Positions 54,690 through 64,000 of a stretch of DNA of 64,000 nucleotides are shown piece by piece. The position numbers were made by a program, and so were the translations under genes. Origin of the DNA: a virus; the IMG/VR virus record IMGVR_UViG_3300021376_000045, positions 4,396-68,395 of that record; one strand, given 5' to 3'. Positions within the stretch are counted from its first letter, which is position 1; every line of letters begins with the position of its first letter. The notes below the pieces were generated by a model, which saw nothing but the letters and a program-made list of their open reading frames with translations, had not been told where the DNA came from and made no database searches.

Positions 54690-55217
54690 TTATTTAACTT
54701 CTTTAGCATTTGATTTTTCGGTCAAAAGTTCAGGCTTTAATTTCTTTTGCTTTATTTCTTCAACCATATTCTCATCTGCAATTTCAATTTTACGAGCTTT
54801 CCTATGCTCAGGTATAAATCTTTCTAAAGCAATTTTAAGCATGCCATTGATCATTGACGCACCTTGAATAACGATTTGATCATCAATAGCAAAACTTCGT
54901 GTAAAAGCACGAGTTGCAATACCTTTGTAAAGAAACGACTGTGTGTCATCTTTAGCCGTACCTTTAACAATAAGGCGATCACCTTCCAGCTCAATTTCAA
55001 TATCTTGCTTCGAGAAACCAGCCACAGCTAACTCAATAACATATTTGGTATCTGAAGTTTTGTAGATATTATAGGGCGGGTAATTAGGAATATTTTTTGT
55101 GATATCATCATGCAATTTTGCCAGTCTTGTAAACTGGTCATCAAAGCCTACAAAAAATTTATCCATATCCTTAAACGAAGGGCCAAAGAAATTAGACAAA
55201 GTAAGAGCGTTACTCAT
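54690..55217 (-). CDS. small heat-shock protein Hsp20 (IbpA-like)
   Basis: YPPYNI, IELAVAGF, GIATRAF, NGML. Confidence 0.93.
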   Translation of the reverse strand: MSNALTLSNFFGPSFKDMDKFFVGFDDQFTRLAKLHDDITKNIPNYPPYNIYKTSDTKYVIELAVAGFSKQDIEIELEGDRLIVKGTAKDDTQSFLYKGIATRAFTRSFAIDDQIVIQGASMINGMLKIALERFIPEHRKARKIEIADENMVEEIKQKKLKPELLTEKSNAKEVK

Positions 55218-55234
55218 TATTTTTCTCCTAGCAA

Positions 55235-55462
55235 TTACTTAGATACTTTGAGAGCTTTGGACAGATCGAAGTTTACCAGCTCTTCACTAACTTTTGTTGC
55301 AACGTCATAGGTCGATTTTGCAACAACTTTAGTAAAGTTGGTTTGAGCATCGATAAATGCTTTGAGAGGTTTTTTGTAGTCTTCTTGTTTGACAAAAAAG
55401 TCAATATAGGAAGATTTAGAGGATTGAACTGCGTCAATAAATGAATTAATAAAAGTCAACAT
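55235..55462 (-). CDS. hypothetical amphipathic helical protein
   Basis: SD AAGGAG; upstream of hsp20. Confidence 0.6.
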   Translation of the reverse strand: MLTFINSFIDAVQSSKSSYIDFFVKQEDYKKPLKAFIDAQTNFTKVVAKSTYDVATKVSEELVNFDLSKALKVSK

Positions 55463-55581
55463 AGGTTTCTCCTTGTTAAGCGAGTTAAAAATGCTACCCT
55501 ATCGGCGTAGCGGCAATTGGTGGTTTTTACTGAACCACCAAACAGAGACGTCTCCCGACGTGTTCTATTAATATATATGCT

Positions 55582-56013
55582 TTAATCGTCAAAATCAACT
55601 CTTTTTTTACCAATATTATATTTTGTCTGTAAATCCCAGTCATCCTTTTCTTTAAAAGCGATAACTTTAATTTGTGAAAGAGGGGCAAAATCGGTAAAAA
55701 GATTTTGGTTTAAAATATTAATTAGTCCCCAATCAGACAGTAGCTTTGCAATGGTGTTACGACGCTGGAGGTCGTTGTCTGTGAGATCAGCAAGTTTACC
55801 ATCAAGGGCAAATAATTCTTTAAAATGAACTATAAAGTAGCGGCCCTGTTTATGTAGTATATGACAGGATTGATAAAGTATTTTTTCCTTACGAGAAGCC
55901 ACGCCGATTCTGGTAAGAGTTTCTCTAACCTTTAAGAAATCATCCGGCTTTACAAGCGTTACTTCTAACGGCTCGTACCCAGGCATGTCAATTTTGAAAA
56001 AATCATTTGACAT
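55582..56013 (-). CDS. regA: translational repressor RegA
   Basis: DDFLKVRETLTRIGVAS, LYQSCHILHKQG. Confidence 0.95.
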   Translation of the reverse strand: MSNDFFKIDMPGYEPLEVTLVKPDDFLKVRETLTRIGVASRKEKILYQSCHILHKQGRYFIVHFKELFALDGKLADLTDNDLQRRNTIAKLLSDWGLINILNQNLFTDFAPLSQIKVIAFKEKDDWDLQTKYNIGKKRVDFDD

Positions 56014-56455
56014 TACTTCCGCCTTTTTCTAGTTTTTGTTTTAAATAATTTAATTGGGTCTGAGATAGAATGGTTAGAGCTTGGCGGGCTTTATCTATGC
56101 TGTAGCCATAGTATGCTTTTACGATTTCTATCGATTCATGTTTTTCGGCCTTAATCCACTTATTAAATCGTTTTCTCGGCCGAATAGTATTTATAAGAAA
56201 GTGAAACTGTAACTTTTTATCCAGATGGGAACGGGAATTCATCTCATTGGCAAAAATCACTGTATCTGAGCCATAGGACAACCCTTTGTTTATTAGATAA
56301 GGTATATACTGCTTTTCTGACCATTCGTCAACAATTAAATCTTCTTTGGAATAGTTTATAGCGTTTAAAAAATTAAACGGATTAATAGAAGGGGCTTTAT
56401 AAACCTCCTCCTCTATCGTTTCAACGGGTGTACCAAATACGTTGTTTATATCCAT
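56003..56455 (-). CDS. clamp loader small subunit gp62
   Basis: ANEMN, RPRKRF.KW.K, YYGYS..KA. Confidence 0.9.
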   Translation of the reverse strand: MDINNVFGTPVETIEEEVYKAPSINPFNFLNAINYSKEDLIVDEWSEKQYIPYLINKGLSYGSDTVIFANEMNSRSHLDKKLQFHFLINTIRPRKRFNKWIKAEKHESIEIVKAYYGYSIDKARQALTILSQTQLNYLKQKLEKGGSNVK

Positions 56456-56736
56456 AGCATTCTTAACAGACCAATAGTATCTATAGTAGTTAGCAGGATA
56501 TAGTTTGCAAGCATTCCAAAGCTCTTCCTAGTCCAAGCAGCCCAAGCATACAAAGCGCAGCCAGCAATCCACACAGGGTAAAGTACCAAAAGGGGTGGAT
56601 TGGGAACCGTGAAAGCCATGGTAATGGAACAACCAATACTAATAGCCCAAGCAAGCAGCTCAACACAAAACCTAAATTTATTAGATACAAAATCATTTTT
56701 TATCCAATCAAAAACTCCATATAAAATATCATTCAT
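56446..56736 (-). CDS. 3-TM membrane protein
   Basis: Hydrophobic ORF overlapping both neighbours. Confidence 0.65.
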   Translation of the reverse strand: MNDILYGVFDWIKNDFVSNKFRFCVELLAWAISIGCSITMAFTVPNPPLLVLYPVWIAGCALYAWAAWTRKSFGMLANYILLTTIDTIGLLRMLWI

Positions 56737-57665
56737 TTAAGCTCTACTGATGCCATAATTTCTGTGAGACAAGCTACGAGATTTATTTCTTGATCCGCTA
56801 CAAATGCAGATTTATACTGATAGTCAGCTACGGTGAGAACTAACTGCGGTACTTGGTTGGTAATAGGAACCAGGGTATCGTATATTTTTCTAAATAGAGA
56901 AACAGGATCATTGTCCAGGTTATGTACAACCCATGTTCTCATTTTTTTCCAGTCTTTGCCTTTAAGGGAAGCTACTAATTCATTCATGTTAGCTTCACCT
57001 AAATTAATTAATATACCCTCGTCAATGAGCCCGGCCTGGGAGTAGCGCTGTAACTCGTTAAGTGTTCTACGAAAATCAGGAAAGTGTTTCTCTACAACTT
57101 TAGCTACTACTTTTTTATCAAATTCTATTTTTTCCGTATTAAGTATATTTACAATACGAGTAAAAAATGAACCAGCTATTTTTTGCTTTTCATCTTTAGG
57201 TATTTTGAATTCGATAACCGCACACCTAGAATGTAACGGGGGGATGATACGATTTTTAAAATTGCAGGTAAAGATGAAACGGCAGTTATTGGCAAATTCT
57301 TCTATAAATCCGCGCAACGCCGGCTGGGTAGAGTTAGGATTGAGGTAATCAGCCTCGTCTAGAATAACTACTTTTGTGTTACCGGTAAAGGAAACAGTAG
57401 ATGCAAATGACTTGATTTTAGTACGAAGAACATCAATACCGGATTCTTCTGAACCGTTAATTATAATGTAGTCAGAGTTTAGCTCTTCACAAAGTGCTCT
57501 AGCTACGGTTGTCTTACCAGTACCGGCTGTACCGCATAGAAGTAAGTTTTGTATTTCACCATTTGCAACTAGATTTTTAAAATACTCTTTTTGCTCTGCT
57601 GGAAGTATACAGTCATCAACAGTTAACGGGCGGTATTTTTCCACCCAGAGGAAATGCTCGTTCAT
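56733..57665 (-). CDS. clamp loader ATPase gp44
   Basis: WVEKYRP, GTAGTGKTT, DEAD, SRC. Confidence 0.95.
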   Translation of the reverse strand: MNEHFLWVEKYRPLTVDDCILPAEQKEYFKNLVANGEIQNLLLCGTAGTGKTTVARALCEELNSDYIIINGSEESGIDVLRTKIKSFASTVSFTGNTKVVILDEADYLNPNSTQPALRGFIEEFANNCRFIFTCNFKNRIIPPLHSRCAVIEFKIPKDEKQKIAGSFFTRIVNILNTEKIEFDKKVVAKVVEKHFPDFRRTLNELQRYSQAGLIDEGILINLGEANMNELVASLKGKDWKKMRTWVVHNLDNDPVSLFRKIYDTLVPITNQVPQLVLTVADYQYKSAFVADQEINLVACLTEIMASVELK

Positions 57666-57685
57666 AATATAGCCTTATAATCAAT

Positions 57686-58357
57686 TTAAAGTACCGAACC
57701 CGGTTCACAAGCAATCCAGTATTGTAGCTGTTTAGACTCATGCTTAAAGTGTAAAAACTTTGCCTTACCATTTGGTGTCTTAGCTACTGATACTTCATAA
57801 GCATCTGGAATAATTTTTAAATTTTCTACAGCAATAAAAATATCAAAGTTATCAAATGACGTCCCAAGTTGTTTACAAAAATTAGATGCGGTATCGTTTT
57901 TTCTGTCACTTACTTGCAACGTTACACTTTGATTTTTATTAGTAACTGAAATGGTAGGAGCACCCGTAATGGCTGCTGCCTTCATTACCATTTGTACATC
58001 TTCAGCGGCCAGTTTAAATTTATAAACATCTACGTGTTCAATTTCTCCGGAAGGGGCCCCGGTAACTAGGTCAGGATTAGAATAGAAATATTCGAACTTA
58101 CCAGCGTTGCTTGTTACTGTAAGACTTTTATCACCAAACTCTACGTCCTGATTCTCCATCAGTGTTAACATCGCCAACAAAGAATTAAGATCGTAAATAG
58201 CAAACTCGTTAGGGATAGATTCTTTAATTGTTGCCTTAACAAAAATATTTTTTGCATTGGAGATTGTACTAATATTATCACCGGGCTTAAAAATAATATT
58301 AGTATTAATACTAGCAAAATTTTTTAAAATTAATAATGTTTCACTGCCGACTTTCAT
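57686..58357 (-). CDS. sliding clamp gp45
   Basis: LKNFASIN, FAIYDL, YWIA.E. Confidence 0.9.
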   Translation of the reverse strand: MKVGSETLLILKNFASINTNIIFKPGDNISTISNAKNIFVKATIKESIPNEFAIYDLNSLLAMLTLMENQDVEFGDKSLTVTSNAGKFEYFYSNPDLVTGAPSGEIEHVDVYKFKLAAEDVQMVMKAAAITGAPTISVTNKNQSVTLQVSDRKNDTASNFCKQLGTSFDNFDIFIAVENLKIIPDAYEVSVAKTPNGKAKFLHFKHESKQLQYWIACEPGSVL

Positions 58358-58377
58358 AATGACTCCACATAATAAAA

Positions 58378-59139
58378 TTAATTATAAAGGACATACTGCT
58401 CCTGTTCAACTTCTTTCCATGGTAACTTACCGTTATAGTAATCCATCATGGCTTTGTTACCTTGTAAGAAAAACTCCCCCTGCACAGAATCACTTCTACT
58501 ACCTACTCTATAATTAAGAGTATATTCCTTAGTACATCCAAACTTATTATAATTCTGTAAGAGTAAATTAGAAATTAATCTATCTACCTCCGGCTGCTCT
58601 TTAGGGTGACGTGCTCGACGATACCAGCATGGTGAAAGGTTTACTGCTAAATGCTTAGGTAAAAACCAACAACCAACGTCAATAAAGTTATCTTTAAGTA
58701 CTGACTGCCACATACCTAGAGACTCACAGTCATCATTACAGATAAAAATTTTATTACTATCTACTATTTTTCTAAAAGTATAAGCCCAGATATTACCTTT
58801 TTGTATTTGCTTAACAAGCAGTTCAACGTGATTAGGTTCTAGCCAATTGTCTTCGTCGAGAAAACAAAAATAATCTCCATTTACTAAAAAAGTAGCAGCT
58901 CCGTATATCCGATGGCCGTTATAGTTATCAAAACCGGTTGCATAAGGTAGAGTCGTTATTTTTCTTTTTTTATTAGAAAAGTTGCTTAAAATATTGCGTG
59001 CTTTTTTCTCTCTCTCTTCTCCATCAATAACTACAAAATGCTCTACATTTGTATATGTTTGTCTATCAACAGAATCAACAACATCTTTTAGATATTGATT
59101 ACCTGTTGTAGGGGTTATAATGACGACTTTAGGGTTCAA
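58378..59139 (-). CDS. GT2-family glycosyltransferase
   Basis: VIITPTTG, QTY, FLDEDNW. Confidence 0.8.
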   Translation of the reverse strand: MNPKVVIITPTTGNQYLKDVVDSVDRQTYTNVEHFVVIDGEEREKKARNILSNFSNKKRKITTLPYATGFDNYNGHRIYGAATFLVNGDYFCFLDEDNWLEPNHVELLVKQIQKGNIWAYTFRKIVDSNKIFICNDDCESLGMWQSVLKDNFIDVGCWFLPKHLAVNLSPCWYRRARHPKEQPEVDRLISNLLLQNYNKFGCTKEYTLNYRVGSRSDSVQGEFFLQGNKAMMDYYNGKLPWKEVEQEQYVLYN

Positions 59140-59860
59140 TTTTAACTCCAGCTATAATATTTCTATCAAATACCCTTAAGTATGGAATTTGATATTTGTG
59201 TCTAAAATACCAAATATCTGCTTCAGAAATTTCAAACCTTTGAGTTATAGGGTTACAATGTTTCACAACTATTTTATCTACTACTGCTACATAACCGCCA
59301 AATATTGTCTGACCATTTTGACTTGAAAGTATTTTTTCAAATGCGTACTCTAGACCGTATCCCATCTTATAGGGGCTTGTGTCAAACTCATTACAAATAA
59401 CATTATATGCTCTTTGAGAAAAGAACGGGCACATTATTTCAACGGTATTGAATAATCTAAAATCAAATTGCGGTTCAGTTGCTAAGAAGTCAACATGAGA
59501 GGGATGTCCTTCTCTGCTATACGAAGGCTGAAATAAATCAAAATTATGTTCTCTTCCCATCGCAAACAACGTTGCAATATCTTCTGGCGTTGTGAGAATA
59601 TCATCATCAATTATACCGATATAGTCATACTGTCGGTAAATGTCTTTAGTAATAAACCGAGATATATTTTCAAACTTATATCCCGGTTGACTAAAAATAT
59701 ATTCTGCTTTTAACGAATTTAAATCCTTAAATTCTGTACCGTCATAAACCAGTAAACAAAGATCAAAATTTTGAGTTGTATGATCAGTTGTCCATTGCTG
59801 ATGTAAACTATCCTTACCGCAACAAATTATTAATAAATTATTTTTTATCATAAACATCAA
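59129..59860 (-). CDS. DUF707-like GT-A protein
   Basis: YDYIGIIDDDI, LFQPS, VEIMCPFFS. Confidence 0.65.
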   Translation of the reverse strand: MMFMIKNNLLIICCGKDSLHQQWTTDHTTQNFDLCLLVYDGTEFKDLNSLKAEYIFSQPGYKFENISRFITKDIYRQYDYIGIIDDDILTTPEDIATLFAMGREHNFDLFQPSYSREGHPSHVDFLATEPQFDFRLFNTVEIMCPFFSQRAYNVICNEFDTSPYKMGYGLEYAFEKILSSQNGQTIFGGYVAVVDKIVVKHCNPITQRFEISEADIWYFRHKYQIPYLRVFDRNIIAGVKIEP

Positions 59861-60620
59861 TATGTACTTGTTGCATTAGGTTTGCAAGATCTTTTCTAGC
59901 TGGCATTTGCTTGTTGACATAAGCGGATCTAGGTGGTTGAATTGATTGAAAAATACCGATTTGTGAGCCTTGTGTGACGATAGGTGGCTCTAACCAATAT
60001 ACTTTCATGTTAAACACCTTAAACCAGAACGCTAGTTCTGCGTCGGCGGCAAAACAAATTTTATGTTGTGTCATACCGGAATATATTTTTGCCGCCGACT
60101 CTTTTTTAAATAAAATTGCGTCAGCACATCTATCAGCCGGGTGGTTTTTTAAATACCAATTTTTATTTGGTTCTAGTTGATCTATAGGAATATGTTTGCC
60201 ACCCCCTTGGCCGAAGAAAGCTACATCCCAGTCATTAGGGAGTGTTTTAAAATGATCTAAAAAATATTCTATAAAATTTTCTTCTACTATTGCATCATCT
60301 TCAAATACAATACCATATTCAGCATTACCTTGAGAAATTAGTCTAAGGCACTCTTTATGTTTTAGACATAAAGAAACAACTTCCGGCTGTAGTGGATAGT
60401 GAGGAAAAAATTCATTCGGGTCCTGTTCTCTTCTTTGATGTTCTAAATGATCAGCCTGAAAGCTATTTACATAATCAATATAAGAAATATCTTGTCTGTC
60501 AAAATCTATAACCCATGTTATATTTTGAAACTTTTCAACTTCAAGTATTTTTTGCATCAGCAATCTACGTTCGGTATTACCTTTGTAGTGCGTGATAAAG
60601 GTAGGAAAAGTATTGTTCAC
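59838..60620 (-). CDS. GT25-like glycosyltransferase
   Basis: ERR..M, SLCLKH, IVFEDDA, DWD. Confidence 0.7.
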   Translation of the reverse strand: MNNTFPTFITHYKGNTERRLLMQKILEVEKFQNITWVIDFDRQDISYIDYVNSFQADHLEHQRREQDPNEFFPHYPLQPEVVSLCLKHKECLRLISQGNAEYGIVFEDDAIVEENFIEYFLDHFKTLPNDWDVAFFGQGGGKHIPIDQLEPNKNWYLKNHPADRCADAILFKKESAAKIYSGMTQHKICFAADAELAFWFKVFNMKVYWLEPPIVTQGSQIGIFQSIQPPRSAYVNKQMPARKDLANLMQQVHIDVYDKK

Positions 60621-61558
60621 TGTAAAAAAACCTTATTAAATTTTTCCATTACCATCTCAGGTTCAAACTTATCTACCACTTGCTTATAGTTACCCTGAAA
60701 CCCCTTTATGTCTAATATTTTATTTTCAATATCAATAACATCATAAAGTAATTCAGTGTCTTTAAGTAAATTAATATGATGTTTATCATGACCACCGTTG
60801 TAAGCAAGCGTAGGCTTATTAAAATAAAGTGTCTCACATAACGCTAAACCAAAACTCTCCCCCTGCTGCCTGGCATGCAAGAACCCATCACATGTGTTTA
60901 TAAAGTTAGCTTTCTTTTGTCTATCCACAATACTGTCAATATACCTGACGTTAGGGTGCTTAATGAAAGGTGCGGTGTTACAAAATAAAAATATAAAATC
61001 GTCTCTTGTATTTACAATATTTTCAATTATCTTTTTAACAAACGGTATATCAAATGTGTAATAACCACCAATACGTCCTATTACTGTTTTGTCTTTACTA
61101 ATACCTAACTTCTCCCTGTAGTCACCGGTAGGTTCAGGTAAAGAAACAATATGTGGTACAAACGGAACAGTGCCTTCTGACATTGTACTAGACATCCACT
61201 CTGAAATATAAGCGTACCTATCCCCGTGGGGGTCGTTATGCTGAAAGACTGCGTGAACAGCTGTTTGTACATTTGTAGGTAAAAGCTCTCTATTGCCAGC
61301 TCTTAAAAAATATGCAACATTAATATCATTACAAACACTATCGAGCTGGTCCATGGTACAGGATCGTACCTCAAATTGGGACTTTATATATTCTAAGGAC
61401 TCTTGTTCAGTACCCATGTCCTTCTCATACCCAATGCCTGAATTATAACAGATAACACTTTCATTACCTAATATTTCTTGATTGTATTTGGCGTAGTCAG
61501 TAACAGCTACAGCTGTACCTCTAAAGTTTAATGTATGAGTATGAAACAAAACTTTCAT
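60617..61558 (-). CDS. GT-B (GT4-like) glycosyltransferase
   Basis: RGTAVA, GRIGG, HARQQGESFGLA. Confidence 0.75.
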   Translation of the reverse strand: MKVLFHTHTLNFRGTAVAVTDYAKYNQEILGNESVICYNSGIGYEKDMGTEQESLEYIKSQFEVRSCTMDQLDSVCNDINVAYFLRAGNRELLPTNVQTAVHAVFQHNDPHGDRYAYISEWMSSTMSEGTVPFVPHIVSLPEPTGDYREKLGISKDKTVIGRIGGYYTFDIPFVKKIIENIVNTRDDFIFLFCNTAPFIKHPNVRYIDSIVDRQKKANFINTCDGFLHARQQGESFGLALCETLYFNKPTLAYNGGHDKHHINLLKDTELLYDVIDIENKILDIKGFQGNYKQVVDKFEPEMVMEKFNKVFLQ

Positions 61559-62292
61559 TAATATTTTCCTTCTATATTTTTGCTAAGAGCTGCTTCAGGT
61601 TCAAATCTACAAATGCGCCCTGTAAAGTCAAAGTTTGTTGATGAGTGCATACCTTCAGTTGTAAACGTACCGTTAACTACCTCTTTACATCTTCTAATAA
61701 ACAAATCTACATTTGATTGCATACGGCTTTGGTAGAGGTGATAGATCTTATTTTCAAAAACTGTACCGATACCGTATAGTCCGTAGTTACCCAAACGCCA
61801 TACTCCTTCTTGCGGCTCCCGTTCAAAATGGCTAGGATAAAACTGTTTCATTCGCACACCGTTTTCTTCAGCTACATAGCATATTTCTTGACCGACATCT
61901 GATCGTTGTGTTTCAAGAAAAGAGGGTTGATTTAAAACTGTATGTAAAGGTCGCCACATGAAGAAAAAAGCTGGGCTGCAAAATACATGAGTCATTGGTG
62001 GAATATGATTTGTGGCTTGAGCTACACCACATATACTTTTATTCTTTGCTACAAACTTAATTGCCTCATTAATAACATTGCCGTTTAAAGGTATACAATC
62101 GATATCAATGAACCCTACTATATCTGCCTGGCTATTTCTAATAATTTGATCCATCCAGTTACCAGGTCTAATTGCTGCAACCGTGTAATTAACCGGAATG
62201 TTAAAATGCTGCATTACCGACTTATGTGCGTTAACAAAATCGGAGCTTAAATTAGGAAAATAAAGGGTATGTATAGATACTTTCACACTCAT
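61558..62292 (-). CDS. GT-A-like protein
   Basis: FIDIDCIP DxD motif within the glyco cluster. Confidence 0.5.
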   Translation of the reverse strand: MSVKVSIHTLYFPNLSSDFVNAHKSVMQHFNIPVNYTVAAIRPGNWMDQIIRNSQADIVGFIDIDCIPLNGNVINEAIKFVAKNKSICGVAQATNHIPPMTHVFCSPAFFFMWRPLHTVLNQPSFLETQRSDVGQEICYVAEENGVRMKQFYPSHFEREPQEGVWRLGNYGLYGIGTVFENKIYHLYQSRMQSNVDLFIRRCKEVVNGTFTTEGMHSSTNFDFTGRICRFEPEAALSKNIEGKY

Positions 62293-63095
62293 ATTAGTGA
62301 CTCAATAATTTTATATTTGTCATACTTCGGTTGGTACCCAAGTGCTTTTAATTTTGTATTATCCATATACATGGATGCTACCTGAATAATCTTATGAAAT
62401 TCAGTTGGTTCTATAGTACCAATTTTTGATTTAGATTCTGTTATCTTAACAGTATAGTCTATAAGGTCTTTAAATACAATAGGCTCACCATTACCTATAT
62501 TATAAATCTGATTTAATTCACCTTTATCAAGTACTAGATTAATAGCTTTAACAGCATCCCTTACATGAATGTAGTCTCTAACAAAAAAGCCGCCATCGTA
62601 AAGTTTAATATGTTCATCATTTTTAATCTTTTCAATTAAGAACTGAAGAGCATTTTTTTGTTTAGATGCTTTTGTATCCCCTTTACCTACTACGTTGGCC
62701 AGGCGCAAGATGCGATAGTTTATTTTAAAAGTTTTACAATAAGAAATTAATAACTGTTCGGCTGTTCTTTTAGTAATAGAGTAAAAGCCTTTAGGATCAC
62801 AATAACTATCTTCTTTAGCTGGTAACTCCGTATCCCCGTAAACAAACCATGAGCTTATAAAATTAAATGTATCCCCTTCTTTACAACTAGTTAGTACTTT
62901 CATTAATACATTTAAGTTGGTATGGATGTCAAGCTGGGGGTCAGTCAGTACGTTATAATTATCAACAGTAGAAATAAAATAAACTATGTTTTTTGTCTTT
63001 GTATCATAGTCGTCTCTTTCATTAATAATAACGTCGGATCTGATGGCACAAAAATGTGATCCAACAAACCCTCTGCCACCAAAGACATTAATCAT
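62289..63095 (-). CDS. NAD-dependent epimerase/dehydratase
   Basis: GGRGFVG, SSWFVYG, YSITK, RDYIHV. Confidence 0.9.
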   Translation of the reverse strand: MINVFGGRGFVGSHFCAIRSDVIINERDDYDTKTKNIVYFISTVDNYNVLTDPQLDIHTNLNVLMKVLTSCKEGDTFNFISSWFVYGDTELPAKEDSYCDPKGFYSITKRTAEQLLISYCKTFKINYRILRLANVVGKGDTKASKQKNALQFLIEKIKNDEHIKLYDGGFFVRDYIHVRDAVKAINLVLDKGELNQIYNIGNGEPIVFKDLIDYTVKITESKSKIGTIEPTEFHKIIQVASMYMDNTKLKALGYQPKYDKYKIIESLI

Positions 63096-64000
63096 TAAAC
63101 TTCCTGATTACATTACCAATATATTCTACCACAGCATCAGTGTAAAGAGGTGAACAGCCCATGAAGAAAACATTACTTAAAGCAAGATTGGAGTTGGGGT
63201 ATTTTCTAAAATCATCTAGATGTTTATACCCAGGATGAATTAACACATTACCAGAAAAATAATTACGTGTCTGAATCTTATTTGCTTCTAAATGCGATAC
63301 AAAGAATTCCTTTAGTTCCTGGCTCTCACAAAAAGCCGGTACACCGAACCATGACGGGTCATTACCTTGTACGGCATTAATAGTTCTAAGACCAGGTACT
63401 TCTTTTAAGAACTGATCAATTTCATTCTTACGTCTACGTCTTAGTTCATCAATACGATCAACTTTTTCTAATTGAGCCAGGCCAATGGCACCCTGTAGGT
63501 CTAAAGGCTTAAGGTTGTAGCCGATATTAGTAAAAAGGTATTTGTGGTCAATAATACCGTCATAATTATCTAACCAGTAGTCAAAGCGTTTACCACAGGT
63601 ACCGCATTCTAACATATTACCTTTACCTACGCAGTAACAGTCACGGCCCCACCAGCTAATACTTCTAGCCATTTTAATAAATTCTTCATCATTACAACAT
63701 ACCATTCCCCCTTCACCGGTACTAATGTGATGGGCTGGGTAAAAGGATGTGGTCCAGCAGTAATAATACTCTGTAATTAATTTACCGTTTACCTTTGTAC
63801 CGAGACTATCGCAATTGTCACCAATCATTACCAGGTTATGTTTATCACAGATAGCTTTTAACTTATCCATATCTGGGGGATTGCCTAGCACAGGAGACAC
63901 AAACACCGCTTTAGTCTTTGAGGTGATTTTTTCCTCAATCAAGTCAATATCAAAGTTAAGCGTATTGAGCTCAATATCAATAAAGACTGGCTTTAAGTTA
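63088..64000 (-). CDS. DegT/RfbH(DdhC)-like PLP/PMP enzyme, 5' end beyond window
   Basis: DNCDSLG, SFYPAHHISTGEGG (His at the Lys position, as in RfbH), WGRDCYC, GYNLKP. Confidence 0.88.
   Translation of the reverse strand, partial: NLKPVFIDIELNTLNFDIDLIEEKITSKTKAVFVSPVLGNPPDMDKLKAICDKHNLVMIGDNCDSLGTKVNGKLITEYYYCWTTSFYPAHHISTGEGGMVCCNDEEFIKMARSISWWGRDCYCVGKGNMLECGTCGKRFDYWLDNYDGIIDHKYLFTNIGYNLKPLDLQGAIGLAQLEKVDRIDELRRRRKNEIDQFLKEVPGLRTINAVQGNDPSWFGVPAFCESQELKEFFVSHLEANKIQTRNYFSGNVLIHPGYKHLDDFRKYPNSNLALSNVFFMGCSPLYTDAVVEYIGNVIRKFND

Noticed and set aside
1-64000. Stop-codon reassignment
   Set aside because: Core genes are full length in the standard code and end with TAA, TAG and TGA.

Overview
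This window is a 64-kb AT-rich segment of a large T4-like (Tevenvirinae/Kyanoviridae-type) myophage genome using the standard genetic code. The host is probably a betaproteobacterium, inferred from the tmRNA tag ANDERFALAA and a proteobacterial IscU. Left to right it holds: baseplate and head-completion genes (split gp5, hub, gp53, gp48, gp4, gp2, gp54, gp26/gp51, gp29-like); gp32/gp59/gp33; an RNA island with a circularly permuted two-piece tmRNA; exonuclease, GH19 endolysin and IscA/IscU/PhoH; RNase H; nucleotide metabolism (dCMP deaminase, NrdAB, ThyX); spanins and primase; a late block of probable head-internal proteins (Dps, HxGH nucleotidyltransferase, ligase-fold protein); tRNA-Arg; gp41/UvsX/gp43; a plus-strand operon of secreted and membrane proteins; tRNA-Ile2; Hsp20; RegA/gp62/gp44/gp45; and a glycosyltransferase plus sugar-nucleotide cluster running off the right edge. 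The most notable observations are the permuted tmRNA with flanking unassigned structured RNAs, a probable -1 frameshift fusing gp26 to gp51 upstream of the tape-measure-like gene, a genetically split gp5, and a putative capsid-delivered ligase/nucleotidyltransferase module. All assignments come from reading motifs and gene order by eye; no database searches were run.
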